A DNA stretch of 64,000 bases from Clostridia bacterium (lineage in GTDB: Bacteria > Bacillota > Clostridia > Oscillospirales > CAG-272): the NCBI GenBank assembly GCA_017415805.1, contig JAFQEC010000008.1, forward strand, positions 108,111-172,110, given 5' to 3'. Under the pieces are notes generated by a model. It made no database searches, had not been told where the DNA came from, and worked only from the letters and a program-made list of their open reading frames with translations. The position numbers were made by a program, and so were the translations under genes. Shown here piece by piece: positions 19,653 through 31,051 of this stretch (the stretch's first letter is position 1; every line of letters starts with the position of its first letter).

Positions 19653-20553
19653 TTTTCTCGCGCTTTTGCTGGCAGTCTGTCTGCTCGGGAGCTGCGCCGC
19701 GCCGCAATCGACTGCGGGCGAGATCACCTTTTGCGACAGCACGGGGGCACAGATCACACTCGCGGCCGCGCCCACGCGCGTGGCGGTGCTGTTTTCCTCG
19801 CTTGCGGACATCTGGGTCACGGCGGGGGGCGAGGTGGCGATCACGGTGGGCGAAAGCGTGGAGCGCGGTATTTGCAAAAGCGACGTCACGCTGGTGGACA
19901 CGGGTGCGGGAAAGACGATCGACCGTGAAGCCCTGCTGGCGGCGCGCCCCGATCTGGTGCTCTGCTCGGCGGACATTGCCGCCCAGGCCGAGACCGCCGC
20001 ATTTCTCACGCAAATGGGCATCCCCGCAGCGCAATTCCGCGTGGAGAGCTTTGACGACTATCTCGCAGTGCTGGGAATCTTTACCTCTATTACGGGCAAC
20101 GCAAACGCCCTGCTCACACACGGCACGGCGCAACAGGCTGCCATCGAAGCGACCGTTGCAGCGCAGCCCTTCTCGGGCAAGAAGATCCTGTTTATCCGCG
20201 CGGGCACGTCTGCGCGCTCGGTCAAGGCAAAGGGAACGGCCGACCATTTTGCCTGCGCGATGCTGGCCCGGATGGGGGCGACGAACATCGCCGACACAGC
20301 ACCGATCCTCGCAGAAGGTCTGAGCATGGAAGCCATTCTTGCCGCCGATCCCGACTACATCTTCTTTACCGCCATGGGAGACGAGGCCGCATCGCAGAGC
20401 TACGTCACCGAAATGCTCACGGGCGCGGAGTGGCAAAGCCTGTCAGCCGTAAGAGAGGGACGCTACACCTTTTTGGAAAAGGATCTGTTTCACTACAAGC
20501 CAAACGCAAGATGGAGCGAGGCGTATGCACGCCTTGCCGCCACACAGGGATAA
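19627..20553 (+). CDS. ABC transporter substrate-binding lipoprotein (BtuF/FhuD class)
   Basis: Signal peptide with lipobox LLGSC; cluster-A SBP-like sequence; 26-nt overlap with the upstream gene. Confidence 0.85.
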   Translation: MRSLRRLCNFLALLLAVCLLGSCAAPQSTAGEITFCDSTGAQITLAAAPTRVAVLFSSLADIWVTAGGEVAITVGESVERGICKSDVTLVDTGAGKTIDREALLAARPDLVLCSADIAAQAETAAFLTQMGIPAAQFRVESFDDYLAVLGIFTSITGNANALLTHGTAQQAAIEATVAAQPFSGKKILFIRAGTSARSVKAKGTADHFACAMLARMGATNIADTAPILAEGLSMEAILAADPDYIFFTAMGDEAASQSYVTEMLTGAEWQSLSAVREGRYTFLEKDLFHYKPNARWSEAYARLAATQG

Positions 20554-20556
20554 GAT

Positions 20557-21549
20557 ATGAAGCAACGATTTAAGCGTGCGGCACTCCCCTTTGGGGTGCT
20601 TGCGCTCCTTTTGCTCTCCTGCCTGCTCGCACTGCGGCTGGGCAGCACATATCTGGATACGCCCTCCTTTCTTGGGGGGCTTTTTCGGCGTGCGGGCTTT
20701 GAGACGCAAAGCGTGATCCTGTATTCGATCCGTTTGCCGCGCATGCTCGCAGGGGTCTTTGCGGGTGCGGGGCTTGCGCTCTCGGGCTCACTGCTCCAGC
20801 GCGTAAGCGACAATGCCCTTGCCGCGCCCTCGATCCTCGGCATCAATGCGGGCGCGGGATTTTTCGTGATCCTTGCGCTCACACTCGCGCCGCGCGCCTT
20901 TGCGCTCTTGCCCGTAGCAGCCTTTTGCGGCGCACTGCTCGCGGCACTTCTGATACTCGGCATTGCAAGCCGTCTGGGGTTGGATCGCACGGCCGTGGTG
21001 CTCTCGGGCGTGGCACTCTCGGCACTCTTTTCGGCGGGGATCTCCTTTTTCTCGGTTCTCGATGCCGATGTACTCTCCTCATACACCGACTTTTCGGTAG
21101 GAGGACTGCGCGGCGTCACGATGCGCGAGCTCTACATACCGATCCCCATCATTCTCATGTGCTACCTCCTTGCGCTGCTGCTGGCACGCCGACTCAAGCT
21201 GTTTTGCCTCGGTGACACGCTGGCCGCCTCGCTTGGCGTATCGGTACGGCGCGTGCGGCTCACCGCCCTCATGTTGGCGGCGGCATCGGCGGCGGCCGCA
21301 GTCTCGTTTGCGGGGTTGCTTGGCTTTGTGGGGCTTTTGGTGCCCCACGTCACCCGTCGTTTGGTTAAGCACAGCACCGAAACGGAGCTGCTTCTCTCCC
21401 CTCTTTGCGGTGCGATATTGCTGTTGCTGGCAGATCTTGCGGGGCGACTGCTGTTTGCCCCCACCGAGATCCCCGTGGGCATCTTTACCGCGCTGCTCGG
21501 TGTGCCTTTCTTCCTCTCACTGCTCATAAGGAGGAAACACGATGCTTGA
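20557..21549 (+). CDS. FecCD-family ABC transporter permease
   Basis: About 10 TM segments; typical BtuC/FecCD blocks. Confidence 0.9.
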   Translation: MKQRFKRAALPFGVLALLLLSCLLALRLGSTYLDTPSFLGGLFRRAGFETQSVILYSIRLPRMLAGVFAGAGLALSGSLLQRVSDNALAAPSILGINAGAGFFVILALTLAPRAFALLPVAAFCGALLAALLILGIASRLGLDRTAVVLSGVALSALFSAGISFFSVLDADVLSSYTDFSVGGLRGVTMRELYIPIPIILMCYLLALLLARRLKLFCLGDTLAASLGVSVRRVRLTALMLAAASAAAAVSFAGLLGFVGLLVPHVTRRLVKHSTETELLLSPLCGAILLLLADLAGRLLFAPTEIPVGIFTALLGVPFFLSLLIRRKHDA

Positions 21550-22294
21550 ATTTCAAAACGTGGCTATACGGTACGAAAAAGAGCTGCTTTCCAAGCTCTC
21601 GTTTGCCCTGCGCGGCGGCGAGGTGAGCGTACTGCTCGGCGCAAACGGCACGGGCAAGACCTCGCTTTTGCGCGCCGTACTCGGCGAGGTGCACTATACG
21701 GGCGATATTACGCTGGGCGGCACGCCGCTGCAAGCACTCCCTGCCAAGGAACGCGCCACACGCATTTCTCTACTCCCTCAGCACCTGCCCGCCCCCGCCC
21801 TCGCGGTGCGCGAGGTGGTAGCGCTCGGGCTTGCTCCCCACGTCACGCGCCCCTCGCAAAAAGAGTGGCAAACGGTAGACGAAACACTCGATCGGCTCTC
21901 GCTCACAAGACTCTCAGGCCGCGCGGTCTGCTCACTCTCGGGTGGCGAGCGACAAAAGGTCTTTCTTGCGATGCTCCTTGTGCAAAACACCCCCGTGCTC
22001 CTCTTGGACGAGCCCACCACGTATCTTGACCCCGCGCACCGCGCGCAGTTGTTCAAAATCCTCGCCGCGGAAGCAAAAAGGGGAAAGGCGATCCTTGCCG
22101 TACTGCACGACCTGAGCGAAGCCGTTGCCGTGGCAGACCGTATCCTGCTGTTGGATCGCGGCACGCTTGCCTTTGACGGCACGCCCGAACGCTTTGTTGC
22201 CGACAAAGTGGCCGAGCGCACGCTTGGCATGCGGCATTACACCGCAAAGCGGGATAAAAAAACGGCGCATTTCTTTGCGCCTGAATACAACTAA
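21542..22294 (+). CDS. ABC transporter ATP-binding protein
   Basis: Walker A GANGTGKT, signature LSGGERQ, Walker B LLLDEP. Confidence 0.9.
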   Translation: MLEFQNVAIRYEKELLSKLSFALRGGEVSVLLGANGTGKTSLLRAVLGEVHYTGDITLGGTPLQALPAKERATRISLLPQHLPAPALAVREVVALGLAPHVTRPSQKEWQTVDETLDRLSLTRLSGRAVCSLSGGERQKVFLAMLLVQNTPVLLLDEPTTYLDPAHRAQLFKILAAEAKRGKAILAVLHDLSEAVAVADRILLLDRGTLAFDGTPERFVADKVAERTLGMRHYTAKRDKKTAHFFAPEYN

Positions 22295-22299
22295 TCAAA

Positions 22300-22337
22300 C
22301 AGAGGGCGCGCATCCAACGGGTGCGCGCCCTGTTTTG
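22300..22337. terminator. bidirectional intrinsic terminator
   Basis: CAGAGGGCGCGCA...TGCGCGCCCTG + TTTTG between convergent genes. Confidence 0.75.
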
Positions 22338-22342
22338 CATTT

Positions 22343-22717
22343 TTAGATCTCTGCAATGACCTCAACCTCAACCAGCGCCCCCTTCGGGAGCTCCTTGACG
22401 GCCACGCAGCTGCGTGCGGGCTTTTCAGTGAAGTACTTGCCGTACACCGCATTGAAGGCGGCGAAGTCGGCAATATCGGCGAGGAAGCAGGTGGTTTTAA
22501 CCGCCTTTTCATAGGACGAGCCTGCGGCGGCGAGCACCGCGCCGAGATTTTGCATCACCTGCTCGGTCTGTGCGGTGATATCCGTGCCCACCATGGTGCC
22601 CGTGGCAGGATCCAGCGGGATCTGACCCGAGGTGAACACCAGTCCCCCCGTAACGATGGCCTGCGAATAGGGGCCGATGGCGGCGGGGGCTTTTTCGGTT
22701 GCGATTTTCTTTGCCAT
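22343..22717 (-). CDS. ridA: RidA-family reactive enamine/imine deaminase
   Basis: 124 aa YjgF/RidA fold sequence; immediately downstream of ilvA. Confidence 0.9.
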   Translation of the reverse strand: MAKKIATEKAPAAIGPYSQAIVTGGLVFTSGQIPLDPATGTMVGTDITAQTEQVMQNLGAVLAAAGSSYEKAVKTTCFLADIADFAAFNAVYGKYFTEKPARSCVAVKELPKGALVEVEVIAEI

Positions 22718-22729
22718 ACGTATTCTCCT

Positions 22730-23926
22730 TTATGCCAAAAGATGGAATCCGTAGTCGGTGAGCGCCTTACGGATCTCGTGGATATGTTCAAAATTGCGCG
22801 TTTCGAGCACGATACGCAGATAGCAGCCGTTGACGTCCGAGCCGCCGTTGGTGTGCTCGTGATGCACCTCGATCACGTTGCCGCCGTGCTCGGCGACGAT
22901 GCGTGACACGTTCATTAGCTGACCGGGCTTGTCCACAAGCTCGATGGTCATCTGGCAGGTTCTGCCCGACATCAGAAGACCGCGATGGATCACGCGCGAG
23001 AGAATGGTCACGTCGATGTTACCGCCCGAGAGCAGACAAACGATTTTCTTACCCTTGATATCGACCTTGCCGAACATCGCGGCGGCAACCGCCACAGCGC
23101 CCGCGCCCTCGGTGACCAGCTTGTGCTGCTCCATGAGCGCAAGGATCGCGGCCGAGATCTCGTCATCGGTGACGGTGACGATCTCATCCACGTACTTGCT
23201 GCAAAGCTCGTAGGTGTTCGCGCCCGGCTTCTTGACGGCGATGCCGTCGGCAATGGTCTTCACGCTCGACAGCTCTGTAATGGCATGATCCTTGACCGAC
23301 CGATACATCGAGGGTGCACCCGCGGCCTGTACACCGTAGACCTTGACGCTCGGGTTCAGGCTCTTGATGGTATACGCCACACCCGAAATGAGTCCACCGC
23401 CGCCGATCGGCACGATCACGGCATCCAGATCGGGCAGCTGCTCCGAGAGCTCCAGGGCGATGGTGCCCTGCCCCGCGATCACGTCCTCGTCGTCGAAGGG
23501 ATGAATGAAGGTGTAGCCCTTTTCGTCACGCAAGGAAAGCGCCTTGCGGTAGGCATCGTCGTACACGCCCTCCACGAGACACACCTCCGCGCCATAGCTC
23601 TTGGTGGCCTCCACCTTGGAGATGGGTGCACCGTCGGGCAAGCAGATCACGGCCTTGATGCCGCTTTTCTGTGCGGCAAGCGCCACACCCTGCGCGTGAT
23701 TGCCTGCCGAGCAGGCCACCACGCCGTGCCGCTTCTCCTCCTCGGAGAGGCACGACATCTTATAATACGCGCCGCGCACCTTGAACGAGCCCGTGATCTG
23801 CAGATTCTCGGTTTTGAGATACAGCTCGGTGCCGGGGCAAAGCTTGGGGGCGTAGATCACGTCGGTTCGGCGCACCACGTTGCGCAGAACGTAGCTGGCG
23901 CGATATACATTATCCAGTGTCAACAT
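22730..23926 (-). CDS. ilvA: threonine ammonia-lyase (threonine dehydratase) with C-terminal ACT-like domain
   Basis: PLP-dependent fold with Lys in SFKVRGA; ATG 23926 after AGAGGAAG; the longer ORF to 24262 overlaps the upstream gene. Confidence 0.9.
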   Translation of the reverse strand: MLTLDNVYRASYVLRNVVRRTDVIYAPKLCPGTELYLKTENLQITGSFKVRGAYYKMSCLSEEEKRHGVVACSAGNHAQGVALAAQKSGIKAVICLPDGAPISKVEATKSYGAEVCLVEGVYDDAYRKALSLRDEKGYTFIHPFDDEDVIAGQGTIALELSEQLPDLDAVIVPIGGGGLISGVAYTIKSLNPSVKVYGVQAAGAPSMYRSVKDHAITELSSVKTIADGIAVKKPGANTYELCSKYVDEIVTVTDDEISAAILALMEQHKLVTEGAGAVAVAAAMFGKVDIKGKKIVCLLSGGNIDVTILSRVIHRGLLMSGRTCQMTIELVDKPGQLMNVSRIVAEHGGNVIEVHHEHTNGGSDVNGCYLRIVLETRNFEHIHEIRKALTDYGFHLLA

Positions 23927-23963
23927 TTTCTTCCTCTTTCTCACACCGTTAGGGTGTATACAA

Positions 23964-25181
23964 TCAAAGCAGGCTCTTGATGAACTGCTCGGCACAGCGG
24001 GCCGAGCGATAGCCGCGGCGCAGCGCAAAGGCCTCGGCCTCCACGTCCAGCAGCTCGCGGTCGCGCGTGATGCCGTGGCGTGCCGCCAGCTCGTGCACGA
24101 TGTCGAGATACAGCTTCTTTTCGGGACGGTAGAAGCGCACCACAAGACCAAAGCGCTCGGAGAGCGACATGGTCTCTTGCATGCTGTCGTTGCGATGCAC
24201 GTCGCCGCCCTCACGATCCCCGAAGGTCTCGCGCACCATATGGCGGCGGTTCGAGGTGGCATAGATCACGGCGTTGGGGGCTTTTGCACTCGCAGACCCC
24301 TCCAGGATCGCCTTGAGCATGCCGAAGCAATCGTCGTTGCGGTCGAACGAGAGATCGTCAATAAACAGAATAAATTTCAGCGGATTGTGGCGGATGCGCC
24401 CCATGATACGCGGCAGGTGGAAGAGCTGATCCTTTCGAACCTCGATCAGGCGCAGGCCCTCGTCAAAGAGGTAATTTGCCACCGCCTTGACGGTAGAGGA
24501 TTTGCCCGTTCCCGCGTCGCCGCAAAGCAGTGCGTTCGCGGCAGGGCGGCCCTCCAGCAGCGCCATGGTATTGGCAAGCACCTGTGCGCGCTCACTCTCG
24601 TAGCCCACAAACTGCTCCATGGTAATGGGATCGGCGCTCTCCACGGGCAGGATCTCGCCCGCGGCGTCCAGACGGAACATGCCGTGCGAGGCGAAAATGC
24701 CGTAGCCGTGCTTGCCGATCTCACAAAGGCGCGCCTCGTACTCGGCAGCCAGATCCACACGCTCGGCCACGTAGTGCGGAAGCAGCAGCTCAGTGCTTTT
24801 TGCATCCCGTTCGGTGCTGTTTTCCAGCGCGGCGGCAAAATCCGCCGCCGTCAGTGCCGCAAAGTCCGAGAGGAGCGCGAGCTCCCGTGCGGCAGAATCG
24901 CGGATAGGTGACGGCACAGCGTTGCCGTTCGCGCACGTCACCACATAAACATTCTCATTCTCAAACACGATGCGGCGCACCGCATCGGCGAGATCCCCTC
25001 CCGCGTCATAGATCTCCGCCACGAATTTGCCGTAATCGGCAAGACGCTCCTCGCGCGTGCGCGCGGGAGAACAGAAACCCAAAAAATGCGCGAAAAGCGG
25101 CTTATCCAGCACGCCGCGGAAGACCGCGGATGCCAGCAACCCCTCTGCCACACGGCCAAGGTCGTTTTGATACCCGTTCAT
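23964..25181 (-). CDS. P-loop ATPase of unknown function (DUF815/COG2607-like)
   Basis: Walker A GDAGTGKSS, Walker B-like FILFIDDLSF; 405 aa. Confidence 0.8.
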   Translation of the reverse strand: MNGYQNDLGRVAEGLLASAVFRGVLDKPLFAHFLGFCSPARTREERLADYGKFVAEIYDAGGDLADAVRRIVFENENVYVVTCANGNAVPSPIRDSAARELALLSDFAALTAADFAAALENSTERDAKSTELLLPHYVAERVDLAAEYEARLCEIGKHGYGIFASHGMFRLDAAGEILPVESADPITMEQFVGYESERAQVLANTMALLEGRPAANALLCGDAGTGKSSTVKAVANYLFDEGLRLIEVRKDQLFHLPRIMGRIRHNPLKFILFIDDLSFDRNDDCFGMLKAILEGSASAKAPNAVIYATSNRRHMVRETFGDREGGDVHRNDSMQETMSLSERFGLVVRFYRPEKKLYLDIVHELAARHGITRDRELLDVEAEAFALRRGYRSARCAEQFIKSLL

Positions 25182-25185
25182 GGCC

Positions 25186-26256
25186 TTATTTCAGCTCCTT
25201 GAGGATCAGATCGGTCATCTCGGTGGTGGTAACGGCATCGCCGCCGTGTGCAAGATCTGCCGTGCGATAGCCTGCGGCCAGCACACGATCCACCGCATCG
25301 ATGATCGCCTTTGCCTCGGTCGCCATATCAAAAGAGTACAGCAGCATCATGGCCGCCGAGAGGATGGTCGCGATCGGATTGGCCTTGTTCTGCCCCGCAA
25401 TATCGGGGGCTGAGCCATGGATCGGCTCGTAGAGTCCGCGCGCGGTGTCACCAAGCGACGCCGAGGGCAGCATGCCGATCGAGCCCGTGATCTGCGAGGC
25501 CTCGTCGGACAGGATGTCGCCAAACATGTTCGAGGTCACGATCACGTCAAACTGTGCAGGGTTGCGCACCAGCTGCATGGCGGCGTTGTCCACCAGCATA
25601 TCGGCGCACGCCACGTCGGGGTACTGCTCGGCCATTTCGTGCACGATCCTGCGCCACAGACGCGAGGATTCCAGCACGTTTGCCTTGTCGATGCTGGTGA
25701 GCTTTTTGCCACGCTTGCGCGCGGTCTCAAACGCCACGCGCGCAATACGCTCGATCTCCATGCGGCTGTAGCACTCGGTGTCATAAGCCTCCTCGCCGTA
25801 TTTGCCCCAACGCTGCCCGCGCTCACCAAAGTAAATGCCGCCCGTGAGCTCACGCACGATCATAATATCAAAGCCTGCGGCCACGATATCCTCGCGCAGG
25901 GGGCACTCGCCCTTCAGTGCGGGGTAAAGCTTTGCGGGGCGCAGATTGGTGAAGAGCTCCATCGCGGCGCGGATGCCGAGCAACGCCTTCTCGGGGCGCA
26001 AGTCACCGGGGAGCGTATCCCACTTGGGGCCGCCTACCGCACCCAGCAGCACGCTGTCCGCAACAAGGCAGCCTGCAACCGTCTCCTCGGGCAGGGGCTT
26101 GCCCGTGGCATCAATGGCAGATCCACCGATCAGGTATGGCGTAAAGGTGAATTTGTGTCCGTACTTTGCGGCGACCGCCTCCAGCACGCGCACCGCGCTG
26201 TCGACGATCTCGGGGCCGATGCCGTCGCCCCGCAGTAATGCGATCTTCTTTTCCAT
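25186..26256 (-). CDS. leuB: 3-isopropylmalate dehydrogenase
   Basis: Signature [12 protein letters not shown]. Confidence 0.95.
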   Translation of the reverse strand: MEKKIALLRGDGIGPEIVDSAVRVLEAVAAKYGHKFTFTPYLIGGSAIDATGKPLPEETVAGCLVADSVLLGAVGGPKWDTLPGDLRPEKALLGIRAAMELFTNLRPAKLYPALKGECPLREDIVAAGFDIMIVRELTGGIYFGERGQRWGKYGEEAYDTECYSRMEIERIARVAFETARKRGKKLTSIDKANVLESSRLWRRIVHEMAEQYPDVACADMLVDNAAMQLVRNPAQFDVIVTSNMFGDILSDEASQITGSIGMLPSASLGDTARGLYEPIHGSAPDIAGQNKANPIATILSAAMMLLYSFDMATEAKAIIDAVDRVLAAGYRTADLAHGGDAVTTTEMTDLILKELK

Positions 26257-26268
26257 GGTTATTTCCTT

Positions 26269-26763
26269 TCAGCAGAAATCGCTCTTTTGGATCGAGGCGA
26301 CAAGCCCGCCGTTGGTGATCATTTTTTGAATAAAGGGCGGGAAGGGGTTGGTGGTAAAGGTTTTGCTCGTGGTGAGATCCGTGATCACACCTGCGTCCAG
26401 ATCCGCCTGCACCTCATGGCCGTTTTCAATGGCCTCTGCGGCCTCGGGGCACTCCAGGATCGCAAGCCCGATGTTGATGGAATTGCGGTAGAAGATGCGC
26501 GCGAAGCTCTTGGCGATCACCAGCGAAATGCCGCTGGCCTTGATGGCGATGGGCGCGTGCTCGCGCGACGAGCCACAGCCGAAGTTGAGCCCCGCGACCA
26601 TGATGTCGCCCTCTTTGATCTTCTTGTGGAAATCCTTGTCGATATCCTCCATGCAGTGCGAGGCGAGCTCCTTTACGTCAATGGTGTTCAGATGACGCGC
26701 GGGGATGATGACGTCGGTGTCCACGTTGTCACCGTACTTGATGACTGTTCCTTGAAATTTCAT
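26269..26763 (-). CDS. leuD: 3-isopropylmalate dehydratase small subunit
   Basis: Aconitase swivel-domain sequence; ATG 26763 after GAGGGGGAG. Confidence 0.95.
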   Translation of the reverse strand: MKFQGTVIKYGDNVDTDVIIPARHLNTIDVKELASHCMEDIDKDFHKKIKEGDIMVAGLNFGCGSSREHAPIAIKASGISLVIAKSFARIFYRNSINIGLAILECPEAAEAIENGHEVQADLDAGVITDLTTSKTFTTNPFPPFIQKMITNGGLVASIQKSDFC

Positions 26764-26780
26764 TGTACGCTCCCCCTCTC

Positions 26781-28040
26781 TCAAATCTTTGCGGGATCGG
26801 CGATCTTACCCGCAATTGCACTGGCGGCCGCCACGGCGGGGCTGGCCAGATAGACCTCGGACTCCACGTGCCCCATACGGCCGACGAAGTTACGGTTGGT
26901 GGTAGCCACGGCGCGCTCGCCCGCGGCGAGGATGCCCATATGGCCGCCAAGGCAGGGGCCGCAGGTGGGCGTGGAGACCACACAGCCTGCCTCGATGAAG
27001 ATCTTGACAAGCCCCGTCTCGATGGCCTTCAAATAAATATCCTGCGTGGCGGGAATGATGATGGCACGCACGTGGTCGGCGATCTTGCGGCCCTTCAGGA
27101 TCTCGGCCGCCTCGGCCAGATCCTTGTAGTGACCGTTGGTGCACGAGCCGATCACGACCTGGTCGATCACGACCTCGCCCGCCTCGTCAACGGTGCGGGT
27201 GTTCTCGGGCAGGTGAGGGAAGGCCACGGTGGACTTGATCTGGCCAAGGTCGATCTCATAGACCTCGTCGTACTCCGCGTCGGCATCGGCCTCGAAGACC
27301 ACGGGCTTGCGGTCCGAGTGCTCCGCAACGTAGGCCAGCGTCTGCTCGTCTACAGGGAAAATGCCGTTCTTTGCGCCTGCCTCAATGGCCATGTTGGAGA
27401 TGGTGAGACGGTCATAGATCGAAAGCGCGGCAACGCCCTCTCCCGTGAACTCCATCGAACGGTAGAGCGCGCCGTCCACACCGATCTTGCCGATGATGTG
27501 CAGGATCACGTCCTTGCCCGAAACGTATTTGTTCAGCTTGCCCTTCAGTACAAATTTGATCGCAGAGGGCACCTTGAACCAGGCCTTGCCCGTTGCCATG
27601 CCGCACGCCATATCGGTCGAGCCCACGCCCGTGGAGAACGCGCCCAGCGCCCCGTAGGTGCAGGTGTGGGAGTCCGCGCCGATGACCGCGTCACCGGGCA
27701 CGACCAGTCCCTTTTCGGGCAGGAGTGCATGCTCGATGCCCATGCGCCCCACGTCGTAGAAATGCGTGACCTCGTGCGTGTTGCAGAAGTCGCGGCACAT
27801 TTTGCACTGTGCGGCGGCCTTGATATCCTTGTTGGGGGCAAAGTGATCCATCACCATGGTCACCTTGTCCTTATCGTACACCTTGGTGGCTCCGATCTTC
27901 TCAAACTCGCGGATCGCCACGGGCGAGGTGATGTCATTACCAAGTACGCGGTCCAGATCCACTAAGATCAGCTGACCTGCCTTGACCTCGGAGAGCCCCG
28001 CCTTTGCGGCAAGGATCTTTTGCGTCATTGTCATTGCCAT
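26781..28040 (-). CDS. leuC: 3-isopropylmalate dehydratase large subunit
   Basis: Aconitase-family catalytic domain with Fe-S cysteines. Confidence 0.95.
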   Translation of the reverse strand: MAMTMTQKILAAKAGLSEVKAGQLILVDLDRVLGNDITSPVAIREFEKIGATKVYDKDKVTMVMDHFAPNKDIKAAAQCKMCRDFCNTHEVTHFYDVGRMGIEHALLPEKGLVVPGDAVIGADSHTCTYGALGAFSTGVGSTDMACGMATGKAWFKVPSAIKFVLKGKLNKYVSGKDVILHIIGKIGVDGALYRSMEFTGEGVAALSIYDRLTISNMAIEAGAKNGIFPVDEQTLAYVAEHSDRKPVVFEADADAEYDEVYEIDLGQIKSTVAFPHLPENTRTVDEAGEVVIDQVVIGSCTNGHYKDLAEAAEILKGRKIADHVRAIIIPATQDIYLKAIETGLVKIFIEAGCVVSTPTCGPCLGGHMGILAAGERAVATTNRNFVGRMGHVESEVYLASPAVAAASAIAGKIADPAKI

Positions 28041-28088
28041 GGATAAATTCCTTCTTTCAATGTAAATTCCGTTCGCACGGATGCGTGT

Positions 28089-29750
28089 TCAGCGATTGAT
28101 GATCGCGCCCTTGTCGGCCGAGCTGACCATTGCGGCGTAGCGCTTGAGGTAACCGCTGATGTTCTCTTTTTTCTTGATGGGCATCTCGGCGCGGCGCTTC
28201 GCCATCTCCTCGTCCGAGACCTTGAGTTCGATCTTATACGCGGGAATATTGATCGAAATGATATCGCCGTCCTTGACGTAGGCGATCGGGCCGCCGCTCA
28301 CCGCCTCGGGCGAGACATGCCCGATGGATGCGCCGCGCGTTGCACCCGAGAAGCGTCCGTCGGTGATCAGCGCCACGCTGCCACCAAGCCCCATGCCCTG
28401 AATGGCCGAGGTGGGGTTGAGCATCTCGCGCATGCCGGGGCCGCCTGCGGGGCCCTCGTAGCGGATCACCACCACGTCGCCCGCGACGATCTTGCCACCG
28501 TGGATCGCGTCAATGGCGGCCTCCTCGCTCTCAAAGACCTTGGCAGGGCCCTCGTGCACCAGCATCTCGGGCGCAACCGCCGAGCGCTTGACCACGCAGC
28601 CGTCGGGCGCAAGGTTGCCCTTGAGCACCGCAATACCGCCCGTGCGGCTGTAGGGGTTCTCGGGGGTGCGGATCACCTCGGGGTCGCGGTTGGTCGCGCT
28701 TGCAATATTCTCACCCATGGTCTTGCCCGTGCAGGTCATGACCGAGGTTTCGATCAGGCCCATATCCGCCAGCTGCTTCAATACAGCGTACACGCCGCCC
28801 GCCTCGTTGAGATCCTCCATATAGGTGGGGCCTGCGGGGGCGAGGTGACAGAAGTTGGGGGTGCGCTCACTGATGGCGTTGACCTCCTCAAGGTCAAACT
28901 CCACGCCGCACTCGTTGGCGATGGCGGGGAGATGGAGCATGCTGTTGGTGGAGCAGCCCAGTGCCATATCGGCGGTGATCGCGTTGCGGATGGTGGCCGC
29001 GGTCATGATGTCGCGCGGACGGATGTTCCGACGCACCAGATCCATGACCTGCATGCCCGCATGCTTGGCAAGCTGAATGCGTGCCGAATAGGCCGCGGGG
29101 ATGGTGCCGTTGCCCGCAAGACCCATGCCCATTGCCTCGGTGAGGCAGTTCATGGAGTTGGCGGTGTACATGCCCGAGCACGAGCCGCAGGTGGGGCAGG
29201 TCTTGCACTCAAATTCTTCCAGCTTCTCGCCGTCGATCTTGCCCGCGTGGTACGCGCCGACCGCCTCGAACATGGAGGACAGGCTGGTCTTTTTGCCGCC
29301 CACGCGACCGGCCAGCATCGGGCCGCCGCTGACGAACACCGTCGGGATATTCAGACGTGCCGCCGCCATCAAAAGCCCCGGCACATTCTTGTCGCAGTTG
29401 GGAATCATCACAAGGCCGTCAAAGCCGTGTGCGCGCACCATCGCCTCGGTGGAGTCGGCGATCAGGTCGCGCGTGACCAGCGAATATTTCATGCCCTCAT
29501 GCCCCATGGCGATGCCGTCGCAGACCGCAATCGCGGGGAACAGAATGGGCGTGCCGCCCGCCATGGCCACGCCGAGCTTGACCGCATCGGCGATCTTGTC
29601 GAGATTCATGTGCCCGGGCACGATCTCGTTGTACGAGCACACCACGCCGATCAGCGGCTTTTGCAGCTCCTCGGACGTGAGGCCCAGCGCGTTATAGAGT
29701 GAACGGTGCGGTGCGTTGTCGCAGCCGTTTACAATGGTATCCTTAATCAT
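28089..29750 (-). CDS. ilvD: dihydroxy-acid dehydratase
   Basis: IlvD/Edd family, [10 protein letters not shown] motif, 553 aa. Confidence 0.95.
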   Translation of the reverse strand: MIKDTIVNGCDNAPHRSLYNALGLTSEELQKPLIGVVCSYNEIVPGHMNLDKIADAVKLGVAMAGGTPILFPAIAVCDGIAMGHEGMKYSLVTRDLIADSTEAMVRAHGFDGLVMIPNCDKNVPGLLMAAARLNIPTVFVSGGPMLAGRVGGKKTSLSSMFEAVGAYHAGKIDGEKLEEFECKTCPTCGSCSGMYTANSMNCLTEAMGMGLAGNGTIPAAYSARIQLAKHAGMQVMDLVRRNIRPRDIMTAATIRNAITADMALGCSTNSMLHLPAIANECGVEFDLEEVNAISERTPNFCHLAPAGPTYMEDLNEAGGVYAVLKQLADMGLIETSVMTCTGKTMGENIASATNRDPEVIRTPENPYSRTGGIAVLKGNLAPDGCVVKRSAVAPEMLVHEGPAKVFESEEAAIDAIHGGKIVAGDVVVIRYEGPAGGPGMREMLNPTSAIQGMGLGGSVALITDGRFSGATRGASIGHVSPEAVSGGPIAYVKDGDIISINIPAYKIELKVSDEEMAKRRAEMPIKKKENISGYLKRYAAMVSSADKGAIINR

Positions 29751-29898
29751 ATTTTACCTCCTTGAAAGGCACTGTATGGGGCGCAGAAGGCTTCCCTTCT
29801 GCGCCTTTACAATAACTTTCGTCTATCTGTTCCGACAACCGAAAAGGCAAATACTCCCTTCCCGGCTACCGATAATTTGTTCAGAAAAGCGAGTAAGA

Positions 29899-29969
29899 CA
29901 AGGCGTACCGGAGAAAGCAAGGCGCAGGCGTAGTAACCTACGTCAAGCCGCTTTCGAGGAACAACGCCG
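29899..29969. repeat. intergenic hairpin repeat, copy C
   Basis: GAAAGC-aa-GGC-gca-GGCGTAG-taac-CTACGTC-aa-GCC-GCTTTC; same frame as copy B with a compensated inner stem. Confidence 0.8.
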
Positions 29970-29992
29970 TATTACGAAGCTTTTTGGACAAA

Positions 29993-31051
<1,059 letters not shown>

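Noticed and set aside
23927-24262. 112-codon N-terminal extension of the ilvA ORF (ORF 22730..24262)
   Set aside because: It overlaps the 3' end of the DUF815 gene in another frame. The conserved IlvA sequence begins at MLTLDNVY (ATG 23926) behind a good RBS.
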